The notes beneath the pieces are model-generated. The model worked only from the letters and a program-made list of their open reading frames with translations, was not told the origin of the DNA and did no database searches. A stretch of DNA of 54,790 nt from Thermoplasmata archaeon (GTDB taxonomy: Archaea; Thermoplasmatota; Thermoplasmata; Lutacidiplasmatales; UBA184), in contig JBOGRS010000003.1 of NCBI GenBank assembly GCA_050749685.1, positions 1-54,790 of the forward strand, given 5' to 3'. Both the position numbers and the translations under genes were made by a program. Each line of letters opens with the position of its first letter. Positions within the stretch are counted from its first letter, which is position 1. Below, one piece after another: positions 1-8,769 of this stretch.

Positions 1-583
1 TCGTCGCGAAGTAGTCGACCAGCGCGAACGAGACCTGGCTGTGCGGGTTCGCCTGCGCGATCGCGTTCGCGATCTGTTGCGCATGCGCCACGAAGAACGG
101 CACCGAGTTCGACTCCTCGCAGGCGGTGTTGCCCCCGGCCGCGCAGGGGTCCGTCCCGGGTTCTCCGGCCCCGGGGTCATACACCCCGTCGTAGACCGTC
201 GTCTCGATCACGAACGCGACCTGGACCGCGGGCCACGCCACGACCCCTCCCGGCCCCGCGCTCGCGGTCAGGCTCACGCGCGCGAGCCCGTTTCCGGCCG
301 CGCACGTCCCGAGACCGTAGGCGCAGATCGTCTGCGGCGTCGCCGAGATCCCGAGGCCGAGCGCCGGGATCCCGTTCGGCGCGATCGCTTGCGCTTGGGT
401 CAGCGCGGGCGACAGGCTGTTCGCGAACGTGGAGGAATGCCTTCCGCCCGCGGGCGCCATCGTGCCCAGGATCGCGATCCCGACCAGCACGACGGCACCG
501 GCCAGCACCAGGATGCTCGTGGCGCGGTGGTGCAGAAGGTCGCTCGATCGCTCGGCGTCGCGAATTGGGGTACGCGGGGACAT
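1..583 (-). CDS. Partial CDS (N-terminal ~194 aa; continues past left edge): membrane-anchored extracellular protein, possibly a vWA-like alpha/beta domain
   Basis: Not in the ORF track because it is open at the window edge. My minus-strand translation from ATG 581-583: MSPRTPIRDAERSSDLLHHRATSILVLAGAVVLVGIAILG... (TM anchor), then ...VQVAFVIETTVYDGV...VSFALVDYFAT. Third codon positions are G/C-rich. The ATG overlaps the TGA of the upstream 2019-aa gene (TGATG). Confidence 0.6.
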   Translation of the reverse strand, partial: MSPRTPIRDAERSSDLLHHRATSILVLAGAVVLVGIAILGTMAPAGGRHSSTFANSLSPALTQAQAIAPNGIPALGLGISATPQTICAYGLGTCAAGNGLARVSLTASAGPGGVVAWPAVQVAFVIETTVYDGVYDPGAGEPGTDPCAAGGNTACEESNSVPFFVAHAQQIANAIAQANPHSQVSFALVDYFAT

Positions 584-3500
584 CAACCGCCTCCCCCCGT
601 CGTGCCCGGCGTAGATCGACGAGATGGCGCAGTCGACGGCCGTGCGACGGCACGTACCGGTCCGGCTCTCGGCGGGCGTCGGGTGAGCAGGAAGACCACC
701 AGCGCCATGGTTCCGAGCGCTACGACGACCACCCCGAGCAGCCAGACAAAGCCGGACGAGCCGGTCGGGGTCGGCGAGCCCGTTTGTCCGGAGGGAGCGA
801 GTTCCAGGGTGAGCGGCGTGGAAGCGTTCGTCGCATCGATGCTCACGGGGGTGGCCGAGGCGTACCCCGAGATGCTCGCCGTGGTCGTGTACGTTCCCTG
901 CGGGATGAGGATCGTGAACGAACCCGCGAGGTCGGTCGTGATCGATCGGTCGATCGGCACGCCGTCCGACGCACGTCCGGTGATCGCCACGGTGGCGCCG
1001 GGCAGGGCGAGCCCGGTGACGCGGTCCACGACCAATCCGTAGATCGTGGTGGTCGGGGGGGATAGGGCCACATCATGGGTCTGTCCGGCGCCGTTGACCG
1101 CCACGGTGAAGACCACGAGGGGGTACTGGACCGGGCCCCCTCCGTTGTACATTGCCGTCAAGCGGGCCGTCCCGTTCGGCAGTTGGATCGAGTAGAACCC
1201 GTCGATCCCGGTGACCGCGAGCGTGACGCCCTCGAACGTGAGGGAGACGCCGGCGATCGGCTGGTGGGTGAGGGCGTCGGTGATCGTTCCCGTGACGTTG
1301 TAGGTCATGATGCTCAACTGGATCACGAGACCCGAGATGGAACCCTCCACGAGGATCGCGAGGACGGTCGGACGGTAGCCCGGCGCCACCACGCTGAGGT
1401 TGTAGGCCCCCCACAGGACGTTCATGTGGAAGCTCCCCGTCGAGTCCGTGGTGGTGGAGACCGCGGGCGTTCCGTTCAGGAGCGCCGCGACGATCGCACC
1501 CGAGATCACCTGGCTGGGATCCGAGGCGTTGACGACGCGACCGGTGACCGGGTAGGCGAGTCCGGTCCCCAGCGGGTCCAGGAAGATCGCCGGCAAGGTC
1601 GAGGTGACCCCGCTCACGATCGTCGCGGTGACGTAACGGTCCGCGTAGCCCGGCGCGACGATCGAGACGAGGTACGGACCCGGCGCGCCCGAGGTCGTGA
1701 AGCGGCCGGCCTTATCCGTGGCCGTGGTGGGAGTGCAGATTCCGCCCGCCCAACGAGCGCACGTGTAGACCGAGGCCCCGTCGACCGGCGTGAACGTGAC
1801 CGACGAATAGACCTGGCCGGCCAGCCAACCGAACTGCGAGAGGAAGATCGTGCCCACGTCGACCCTCTGGCCCGGGACGAGCGCGAGCGGGAGGTAGGAC
1901 GAGTTGTAGAACGTGTCGTTCGTCTGCAGCACGTAGGTGTTCGCCGGCACCGGCAGAAGGAAGTGCCCGTTCACATCGGTCGCCACGTAGAACCCGCAGG
2001 CACCGACCGGATAGCCGAGCGTCGAGCACGCCGCCACCGTCGCCCCCGTGATCGGGATACCGCTCGGAAGGCCCCGTACGATTCCGGTGACATACGCGTA
2101 CTCATCCACGGTCACGGTCCCGACCCAGTCCCAGCAGTCCGAGCATGGGCTCGCGGCACTCGTGTTGGTGACGTAGCCCGTGGCGGAGACCGAGATGTCG
2201 TCGAACTGTGGCGGTGCGAGGACCCAGAAGATCCCCGTCGCATTGGAGGTCGCGCTCGAGCATCCGTTGGACGCATTGTTCCCGTTGTGGGGACAGACCG
2301 TGACCACGGCATTCGGCACCGGTAGGCCGCTCGGGTAGGCCAGGACGACTCCGGCCACGACGCCATCGCCGGTCAGATTGACGCCGCCCGATCCGAAGAG
2401 GTAGGGCGGGAGGACGAAGTTCTGACCCGCATGGACGTTCATCAGGGTCTTGTTGGCGAGATACCCGGGGTGGCCCACGGCGAAGGTGTCCTTCGGACCG
2501 ATCGGGGCATCCACGACGAATTGGCCCATCCAGTTCGTGTTCGGTTCGTTGCCGCAGATGTTGTCGGTCGTGCAGATCGAGACGATGGCGAACGGCAAGG
2601 GGAGCTTGTTCGCGCGATCGACCACGGTCGGGAGGTCCGGGGTGATCGACGAATTGACTTCAAAGGTCCTCACCCATCCCCACGGGGGAACCGACAGGTT
2701 GCCCGTCCACGACCCATAGAGGTCGGTCACGTTCGCCCACGTGGTGAGCGACTCGTTCACCTGGACGGTCACGTTGGTCGTGTTGTAATCGTTGCCGGGG
2801 CCGGCGGCGACCACGACCTTGCCACCGACGGGTGCGGTCAGGTTGACCCAGCCGCCCAGGTTGCTGGGTCCGCTCGACGACCACGTCGTCTGGTTCCGCG
2901 CATCGTAGAAGGTGGAGGAGACGCCAAGGAACGAGACCCCTTGGTGCGTGACGCTGTCCACGATCGATGTCTCGACCCACCCCCACCGGGAAAGGTTGAG
3001 GTTCGGCATCACATACGAGGCGCCCGCCTGCAAGGGAACGGCGAAGGCTTGCGAGATGGGGTAGTAGTAGCCTGTGAGGACGGCGGTCATTCTGAGGACG
3101 GTGGGCGGAGGGTTGCTCGGCAGGAGCACGGAATACTGTCCTCCCCCGCCCGCGCTCACCGCGACCGAACCGCTGTGGTTGCCGGTCACGTAGAACGAGA
3201 GCGATACGAAGCGTGCGGGCAGCTGCTGAAGTCCGGTCGACGCATTCAGGGTCGAGTTGTCCCAGACGACCCCGCTCACCGTTGCGAAGATGGCGAGGAG
3301 GGTCGGAGGCCGGCTCACGAGATTGGTCCAGTTCGTGGTCAGGTTGAAGCGGGTGAGGTTGGCGTTGAACCCGCCGGAGACGCTCGGCCCGCCGCCACCG
3401 TACGTCCCCGTGATCGTCACCGTGTCGCTCGTACCGAACGGAGCGCTCACGTTGAAGTAGCCGAGCGTATCGAGGTGTCCGCTCGTTCCGCATGTGTAGC

Positions 3501-6500
3501 CGGACTTGTCGCACCCCGTCGCGGTCGCGTCGGGAGTGAAGGAGGTCACCGTGGTCTTCGAGGCGGTGTAATGGACCGACACGTTGGCCCATGGGCTCAT
3601 CGCGGCGACGCCCGAGACCCACGGGTACGGCGTCATCTTGATGATGCCGAGGTGGACGAATCCGCGGTCCGAGGCGTTGAACTGGATGTTGATCGAGTAG
3701 TAGCCCGGGTTCGTCGCCGACAGGTTGTAAACCCCGGTCGGCACGCTGTCGTTGAAGTAGCCGCCGGTATTGGTGCCGTTCGCGAACCCGACGATCTGGG
3801 TCCCATCCACCGAGACGGCACTGACGCTCGACGGTTGGACCCCCCAACCGGTCCGGTTGTCGATGAACGTCCCATCTACCCACACGCCAGCGGGGGTGAG
3901 GTTCGTCGCCGGCCCGATCGCCCCCGCAGGGGATACGGGTCGAAGTCCGTTGGTCGTGTTGATCCCGAGGCGAGCGACCGTGATCGTGGGGACCTGCGAG
4001 AATCCTCCGATCGTCGCGTTCGCCCAGACCCAGTTCGATGAATAGCCGGCCGCCGTCGCCTGGATCCGATACGTGGCCCACGGAAGCCAGCCTCCGGCGA
4101 GCGTACCGTTGAAATGGCCATCGGTGGTCGTCATACCGGCGCCCAGCGTCTTGCACCCGTTGACCGAGGAGATCGCACAGTACTGGACGACCGCTTCCAC
4201 GAGGCCGTGCCCGGTGATGTTGTCGACCACCCGCCCGTAGAAGGTCGAGAGCGGTGTGAGCGAGACGTTGCTCACCGAGGTGTTTCCCGATACGTACGCC
4301 CACGTCGTGTTCGGGGAGTACCCCGACGCGGAGACCGTGATCGCGTCCCATCCCGGAGGGGCCAGGGAGAAGATGGAACCGTCCGGGTTCGCCGCGCCGC
4401 TCTGGCACGGAAGGTAGCTCTTCGAGCTCGCGGTGCAGACCTGGTACGTGCTGAACGGAATCGGGACGGTCGTATTGGCCGCATAGACATGGAGATACAA
4501 CGAAGGCAACGCCGTGAGGTTGATGGTACTCCATCGCTCGGTGTTCGTGAGCGTCAGTCGCGCGGGCATCTGCGAAAGGTTGCAGCATGTGGTCGCCGTG
4601 GCCGCCCAGGTGTAGTTTTCGAGCGTGTTCGTCGGCCCATTCACTTTGAGTTCATCCGGTCCCGGCGGAACCGGGGCACAGAAGGTATGTCCGGTGGAAC
4701 CCGATGGCGCGGGAGTCCCCGGGACGAGGCCGCACTCCCACGGGGTCGTCAGAGGGCTCGAGGAGCCGGCGAATACGTAGCTGAACGTGGTGAGCGCGGG
4801 ATCCTCCTGCGACGAGCCGCTGACGCTGTACGAAGCGATCCCTCCGACCACTCCCGTGATGCTCACGTTCCCGGCGAGGTACGTCCCGGCGGTCATGTTG
4901 AGCGGGATCCCGAACGCGGGGGAACCGGTGAGCATCCGCGGTGTGATGTTCACGACGGTCGAGTTGCCCCATGCGGGCGGGTGAGGCCCGGGAATCGGCC
5001 ACGTGGGACCACCGGGCACGCACTGACCCGTCGTATCCGGATATATCGTTACCTGCGAGCGGAGAGGGAGGAGGGGGACACCGACGTTGATGCCGAAGCT
5101 GGCCCCCGCGCTGGCGCAGCCGATCGTGGCGGTTCCGCTCGTGGAGGTCGCATTGATGCCACCCCAGTAGTTCATGACGATCCCCGGCATCGAATAACCG
5201 TCGAGGGAAGCCGCTTGGACCACGTAGTAGCCGTTCATGATCCCCCCCGGGACGCGGGAGTTGGAGGTGGACCATCCGTTGCTGTGCCAGACGCTGGCCA
5301 CTTGCGACGAGGCTCCCAGGCTGACGTTGAGGGCCATTTGGCCTTCGGGCAGGAGGCTCACCCTACCCGCGTTGAAGGTCTGCCCACGGTTCTCGCGAGG
5401 GACGAATCCGATCGCATGAGAGTCCACGACGTAGGCCGGGCCCGCCGTGTAACCGGGCGCGATCACCTGGACGTAGTCGGGGCCCGGCGGGCCGAAGGCG
5501 GAGAGTCCGGCATTGGTGACGAAATTCCCCTGTTGACCGCACGTGTTGGTGAGGGACGAGCAGACCGACATCGCGGCCCCGGTCGTGATTGACGACCCCG
5601 TGATCGCATCGAAGATCTGGATGCTGACGACCGTGTTGCGCTCGAGGTAGATGACCCCGAGGCTCACATTCTCCCACGGGGTGGCATTCGTCCACGACGT
5701 GTTCGACTGGTAGGCGGGACTCGACGGGCTGAAGCTGATCTGCGAGGGGACCGGTGGAAGGGCGATCGTGAAGGCGCCACCGTTCGTGGTGGTGGTCCCC
5801 GGGGTGACGGTGACCTGGAGGTCGCGGGTTTCCGCTTGGATCGTCACGCCCGAGATCGTCTCGTGCGAAACGTCGTTCGCCTCGACCTTCCCGCTCGCGA
5901 TCGCGTCGTGGATCACGAAGATCGTCCCGGCGTAGGTGGTCACACCCTTCACGCACATCGCATAGGTGATGTTGGACATCCACCAGTCGACGCTCGCCCG
6001 CAGGTAGGCCGCCCCTACCGGGCAAGTGACCGAGAAGTATCCTTGCGAGTTGGTCGTCACGGGGGAACACGTCGTCGCGGGGCAGAGCGCGCCTCCGACA
6101 GCGTACGCTTGGACCGTCACCCCCGAGAGTCCGTGCCCGCCGGTGGCGTTGACGTATCCCGTAAACGTTCCCGTGGGAATGGAGAGCGCCTGGGGAGGCA
6201 GAACATGGCTCTGAGGGGTGGCGGATGGCGTGGCCGTACCCGTCGAAGGGATCGGCAGGGGATGGAGGAGCGTCGGAAGGCTCGCGTCCAACGGAAACGT
6301 CCCGGCGGCGGTCGAGGAGGACACCCCGCTCGACGAGACCTGCACGGGAACCGAGGTCACGTAATGGGAGGGGGCGTGGGGCGATATCGCGAGTCCGGAC
6401 GATGGCAGGACGGAGGCCGCGGACGCGGGTGCCACCATGATCGCCAAGGCGAGCCAGAACAACAAGGTCGCGACCGTCCCGCGGGCGCCCCAATGGGTCC

Positions 6501-6615
6501 CCAGCCCGGCAACGCCGCGTCCCGATGCGTCCGAGGGGTTCGGCGCACCCCCGGGAAGGGCGCAATTGCAGTCGTCGGATCGGCGAGGCCGGGAGGCAGG
6601 GCGAGCGCTACCCAT
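583..6615 (-). CDS. Giant (~2010 aa) surface protein: signal peptide, many CarboxypepD_reg-like beta-sandwich repeats, C-terminal TM anchor
   Basis: ORF 583..6642. It has a signal-like segment (GTVATLLFWLALAIMVAPASAAS). Units of the type VTGxVxDxxTGxPIxGAxV...TDxxGxFxxxxPxGxYxLxxxxxGY recur, e.g. VTGRVVNASDPSQVISGAIVAAL...TDSTGSFHMNVLWGAYNLSVVAPGYRP. NxS/T sequons are dense. The C-terminus is GFVWLLGVVVVALGTMALVVFLLTRRPP. I prefer ATG 6615 over GTG 6642 because a TATA-like box lies at 6643-6652. Confidence 0.85.
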   Translation of the reverse strand: MGSARPASRPRRSDDCNCALPGGAPNPSDASGRGVAGLGTHWGARGTVATLLFWLALAIMVAPASAASVLPSSGLAISPHAPSHYVTSVPVQVSSSGVSSSTAAGTFPLDASLPTLLHPLPIPSTGTATPSATPQSHVLPPQALSIPTGTFTGYVNATGGHGLSGVTVQAYAVGGALCPATTCSPVTTNSQGYFSVTCPVGAAYLRASVDWWMSNITYAMCVKGVTTYAGTIFVIHDAIASGKVEANDVSHETISGVTIQAETRDLQVTVTPGTTTTNGGAFTIALPPVPSQISFSPSSPAYQSNTSWTNATPWENVSLGVIYLERNTVVSIQIFDAITGSSITTGAAMSVCSSLTNTCGQQGNFVTNAGLSAFGPPGPDYVQVIAPGYTAGPAYVVDSHAIGFVPRENRGQTFNAGRVSLLPEGQMALNVSLGASSQVASVWHSNGWSTSNSRVPGGIMNGYYVVQAASLDGYSMPGIVMNYWGGINATSTSGTATIGCASAGASFGINVGVPLLPLRSQVTIYPDTTGQCVPGGPTWPIPGPHPPAWGNSTVVNITPRMLTGSPAFGIPLNMTAGTYLAGNVSITGVVGGIASYSVSGSSQEDPALTTFSYVFAGSSSPLTTPWECGLVPGTPAPSGSTGHTFCAPVPPGPDELKVNGPTNTLENYTWAATATTCCNLSQMPARLTLTNTERWSTINLTALPSLYLHVYAANTTVPIPFSTYQVCTASSKSYLPCQSGAANPDGSIFSLAPPGWDAITVSASGYSPNTTWAYVSGNTSVSNVSLTPLSTFYGRVVDNITGHGLVEAVVQYCAISSVNGCKTLGAGMTTTDGHFNGTLAGGWLPWATYRIQATAAGYSSNWVWANATIGGFSQVPTITVARLGINTTNGLRPVSPAGAIGPATNLTPAGVWVDGTFIDNRTGWGVQPSSVSAVSVDGTQIVGFANGTNTGGYFNDSVPTGVYNLSATNPGYYSINIQFNASDRGFVHLGIIKMTPYPWVSGVAAMSPWANVSVHYTASKTTVTSFTPDATATGCDKSGYTCGTSGHLDTLGYFNVSAPFGTSDTVTITGTYGGGGPSVSGGFNANLTRFNLTTNWTNLVSRPPTLLAIFATVSGVVWDNSTLNASTGLQQLPARFVSLSFYVTGNHSGSVAVSAGGGGQYSVLLPSNPPPTVLRMTAVLTGYYYPISQAFAVPLQAGASYVMPNLNLSRWGWVETSIVDSVTHQGVSFLGVSSTFYDARNQTTWSSSGPSNLGGWVNLTAPVGGKVVVAAGPGNDYNTTNVTVQVNESLTTWANVTDLYGSWTGNLSVPPWGWVRTFEVNSSITPDLPTVVDRANKLPLPFAIVSICTTDNICGNEPNTNWMGQFVVDAPIGPKDTFAVGHPGYLANKTLMNVHAGQNFVLPPYLFGSGGVNLTGDGVVAGVVLAYPSGLPVPNAVVTVCPHNGNNASNGCSSATSNATGIFWVLAPPQFDDISVSATGYVTNTSAASPCSDCWDWVGTVTVDEYAYVTGIVRGLPSGIPITGATVAACSTLGYPVGACGFYVATDVNGHFLLPVPANTYVLQTNDTFYNSSYLPLALVPGQRVDVGTIFLSQFGWLAGQVYSSVTFTPVDGASVYTCARWAGGICTPTTATDKAGRFTTSGAPGPYLVSIVAPGYADRYVTATIVSGVTSTLPAIFLDPLGTGLAYPVTGRVVNASDPSQVISGAIVAALLNGTPAVSTTTDSTGSFHMNVLWGAYNLSVVAPGYRPTVLAILVEGSISGLVIQLSIMTYNVTGTITDALTHQPIAGVSLTFEGVTLAVTGIDGFYSIQLPNGTARLTAMYNGGGPVQYPLVVFTVAVNGAGQTHDVALSPPTTTIYGLVVDRVTGLALPGATVAITGRASDGVPIDRSITTDLAGSFTILIPQGTYTTTASISGYASATPVSIDATNASTPLTLELAPSGQTGSPTPTGSSGFVWLLGVVVVALGTMALVVFLLTRRPPRAGPVRAVARPSTAPSRRSTPGTTGGGG

Positions 6616-6642
6616 CGAACGGCTTCCAACGGCGGTTCGCAC

Positions 6643-6652
6643 ATAAACCTTT
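6643..6652 (-). promoter_or_regulatory. BRE/TATA-like box (minus strand AAAGGTTTAT) for the giant surface-protein gene
   Basis: An A/T-rich decamer in an otherwise GC-rich spacer, 27 nt upstream of ATG 6615. The spacing fits a leaderless archaeal transcript. Confidence 0.4.
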
Positions 6653-6924
6653 GTCAGAGATACCGAGAGAGCGCTTGGGATAGGGAGATGTCGGACGTCC
6701 GCGTGGCGTGGCGCTGACCACGGCGGGAAGCTCCGGGCTCGGGACTGCGACGTCCGATCCTCGACCCATTCTGGAGACCTGGACGCCGCACTTCACCGCG
6801 ATGCGCAAGTTGCAAGCGAACGAGCGCCGATGGCGCCGAGTCGATCTACGCGGGACCGGACTCTCGCCGTGAGGTTTAAGAGGAAAGTGGACATGGTTTG
6901 ACTTCGTTTCGGAGCGTACCCAGG

Positions 6925-7365
6925 ATGGACGTACCCCTCTACGCGATCGCCCTCGTCGTCTTCTCGGTCCTCTATCTCGCCATCGGCGTCTTTCTCGCCT
7001 TCTCGCTGATCATCTCGCTCGTCGTGATGTTCCTCTACCTCACGTTGCGCTACCACCGCATGCCCGACGATTACCCGCACGGACTGAAGGACACGATGAT
7101 CACCACCACCTTCATCGGGGTGACGTGGGGGATCTTCGTCTTCCTCGCCCCGAAGGATCCGATCCCCTTCATCGGGAACGGACTGACCTACACGAACTCC
7201 GCCGTCCTCCCGGTGGGCGCGATGATCACGATCGGGGTCGCCCTCTCGCTCGGGTTCCTCGTGATCTGGTCGTTCATTGCCCGCGAGATGAGGGAGGCCG
7301 GGGGTGGCGGTACCGGAGATACCACCTCCGCCGAGTCCAAGCCGAAGCAAGGCGTGGGCGCGTAG
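6925..7365 (+). CDS. Small integral membrane protein (about 4 TM), unknown function
   Basis: ORF 6898..7365. It has four hydrophobic segments (YAIALVVFSVLYLAIGVFLAFSLIISLVVMFLYL, TTFIGVTWGIFVFL, VLPVGAMITIGVALSLGFLVIWSFI). A TATA-like GGTTTAAG at 6873-6880 makes TTG 6898 too close to be the start, so ATG 6925 is preferred. Confidence 0.6.
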   Translation: MDVPLYAIALVVFSVLYLAIGVFLAFSLIISLVVMFLYLTLRYHRMPDDYPHGLKDTMITTTFIGVTWGIFVFLAPKDPIPFIGNGLTYTNSAVLPVGAMITIGVALSLGFLVIWSFIAREMREAGGGGTGDTTSAESKPKQGVGA

Positions 7366-7429
7366 TCTCACGATCTGACGCCGACCTTCCGGAAGGCTCT
7401 AAGTAACCCTCCTCCTATCGGGCGCTAAC

Positions 7430-8599
7430 GTGGCTTCTGCGGAGAGCGGCCAAGTCCGGCATTACCTCGCGAGCTTGCGATCCGGAACCCCGATATCGCC
7501 TTCGCCTGAGGTCTGGGAATCCCTCGTCCAACACGGGGCGGTGAGCGGCTCTCCCTCCAGCGCCCGCCTCACTGACGTGGGCGAGCACGTTCTCGCCGAG
7601 CTCGAGGTCCGCGCTTATCGTACCGACCCGATGACGCTCGAGGTCGTGGCCGGCCAACTGGACCGGGTCCTACGCGACCTTGACCAGGTCGCGAAGACCG
7701 CGGAGTACTTCCTGGCCGAGCTCGGTCCGGTGACGCCCCCCGAGGCGCTCCCTTTCCTTCGGCCGGTGTCGATCGGGCTCGCGAACCGACGGGAGACCCC
7801 GGAGGAGCTCGCGGAGGTGTTCCGTAACGCATGGGGGGCCGTCGAAGTCATGGACGGAACCGCCGCCGATCGTCTGATGGCCGCCGAGGTCCTCAACGCC
7901 TCCTCCGTCCAGATCGAGAACGTCTATGCGCCGATGATGACCACCGTGGCCAAGATCCGGGAGACGATGGGAAGGGGTCCCGCGGCGGTCACCGTCGCGT
8001 CCATCCTGCACGTGCATCCCGGCCCTCAAGGTCTCCCCGCCCTCGAGAACTACTACGCCATTCGACCGAAGGTGACCTCGGACGAGGCCGCCGCGCTCCT
8101 AGCGCGCACCTTCCCCGACCCTTCGACGGCCATCGCTCGTCATCAAGAGGTGGCTCAGGCGATGCTCGCTTTGGGCCATCCCGATAGTCCCGACCTTCGT
8201 CATGCCGCGGCCTATCTCGCGGGATCCTCGGAGGACCTCGCCCACTTCCTCCCGCGCATCCAGCCCCTCGTCGATGGGATGAAGAAACGGCTTCCGCGTT
8301 CGCTCACGCCCTCCGTGGTGTTGGCCGACATCGACGCGCTCGAGCCCGCCGAGCTGCTCAACTGGTGGCAGAAGGCGGTCGATATCGTCGAGGCCCGTAA
8401 GCTCGCGCCGACACCGGCCGAGATCGGAGCCCTCGCTCTTGGCCTCGTCCACGGTCTGCCGCGTGGGGAGTTCGCGAACGAAGTGAGTGGTAGGAACGGC
8501 GCGACGGTCTCGATTCGCGCACTCGTTGCGCTCCATGCGTGGATCTATCGGCCGCTCGTACCCGGGACGACTCGTCCCCCCGTCGCCCCTTCACCCTGA
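7430..8599 (+). CDS. Hypothetical soluble protein (389 aa); composition suggests it is mostly alpha-helical
   Basis: ORF 7430..8599 with ordinary protein-like composition and G/C-rich third positions. TATA-like TCTAAGTAA lies about 23 nt upstream of GTG 7430. I recognise no motif. Confidence 0.6.
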   Translation: MASAESGQVRHYLASLRSGTPISPSPEVWESLVQHGAVSGSPSSARLTDVGEHVLAELEVRAYRTDPMTLEVVAGQLDRVLRDLDQVAKTAEYFLAELGPVTPPEALPFLRPVSIGLANRRETPEELAEVFRNAWGAVEVMDGTAADRLMAAEVLNASSVQIENVYAPMMTTVAKIRETMGRGPAAVTVASILHVHPGPQGLPALENYYAIRPKVTSDEAAALLARTFPDPSTAIARHQEVAQAMLALGHPDSPDLRHAAAYLAGSSEDLAHFLPRIQPLVDGMKKRLPRSLTPSVVLADIDALEPAELLNWWQKAVDIVEARKLAPTPAEIGALALGLVHGLPRGEFANEVSGRNGATVSIRALVALHAWIYRPLVPGTTRPPVAPSP

Positions 8600-8709
8600 G
8601 CGCCCTCCCCACGGGGAGAGGGGGACTTTCGCCCATCCCGAATGGTCCGACGTCGATCGCATGGGCGGGCCGTGAGCGCCCTCTCACCGTTCGAAAGATG
8701 TGAATGGAC

Positions 8710-8735
8710 GACCCTCGGGCTTTGGCCCGAGGGTC
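8710..8735. terminator. Perfect 11-bp stem / 4-nt loop hairpin between convergent genes
   Basis: GACCCTCGGGC-TTTG-GCCCGAGGGTC, read by hand. It lies between the stop at 8599 (+) and the stop at 8770 (-). Confidence 0.35.
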
Positions 8736-8769
8736 GAGAAAGGGTTCGGTCGATCGACCTTCCGCGGCC

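Noticed and set aside
583-700. Possible PGF-CTERM / archaeosortase sorting signal at the C-terminus of the giant protein (..SSGFVWLLGVVVVALG..TRRPP..)
   Set aside because: It reads SGF rather than PGF. About 34 further residues follow the TM and Arg cluster, whereas PGF-CTERM ends within a few residues. The other surface proteins also have long tails.
41-1076. ORFs 41..1042 (+), 177..653 (-), 565..1065 (+) and 843..1076 (-) at the left end
   Set aside because: Their Arg/Gly/Asp/Pro-rich composition is typical of wrong-frame reading in high-GC DNA. They overlap two convincing minus-strand genes (the partial anchored protein at 1-583 and the giant repeat protein).
1075-6717. Long plus-strand ORFs antisense to the giant gene (1075..2325, 2431..4041, 4114..5592, 5836..6717) and alternative minus-frame ORFs (2660..4588, 5363..6565)
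   Set aside because: They have R/D/E/G/P-dominated low-complexity translations with no motifs and lie wholly inside a gene with clear repeat, signal and TM architecture.
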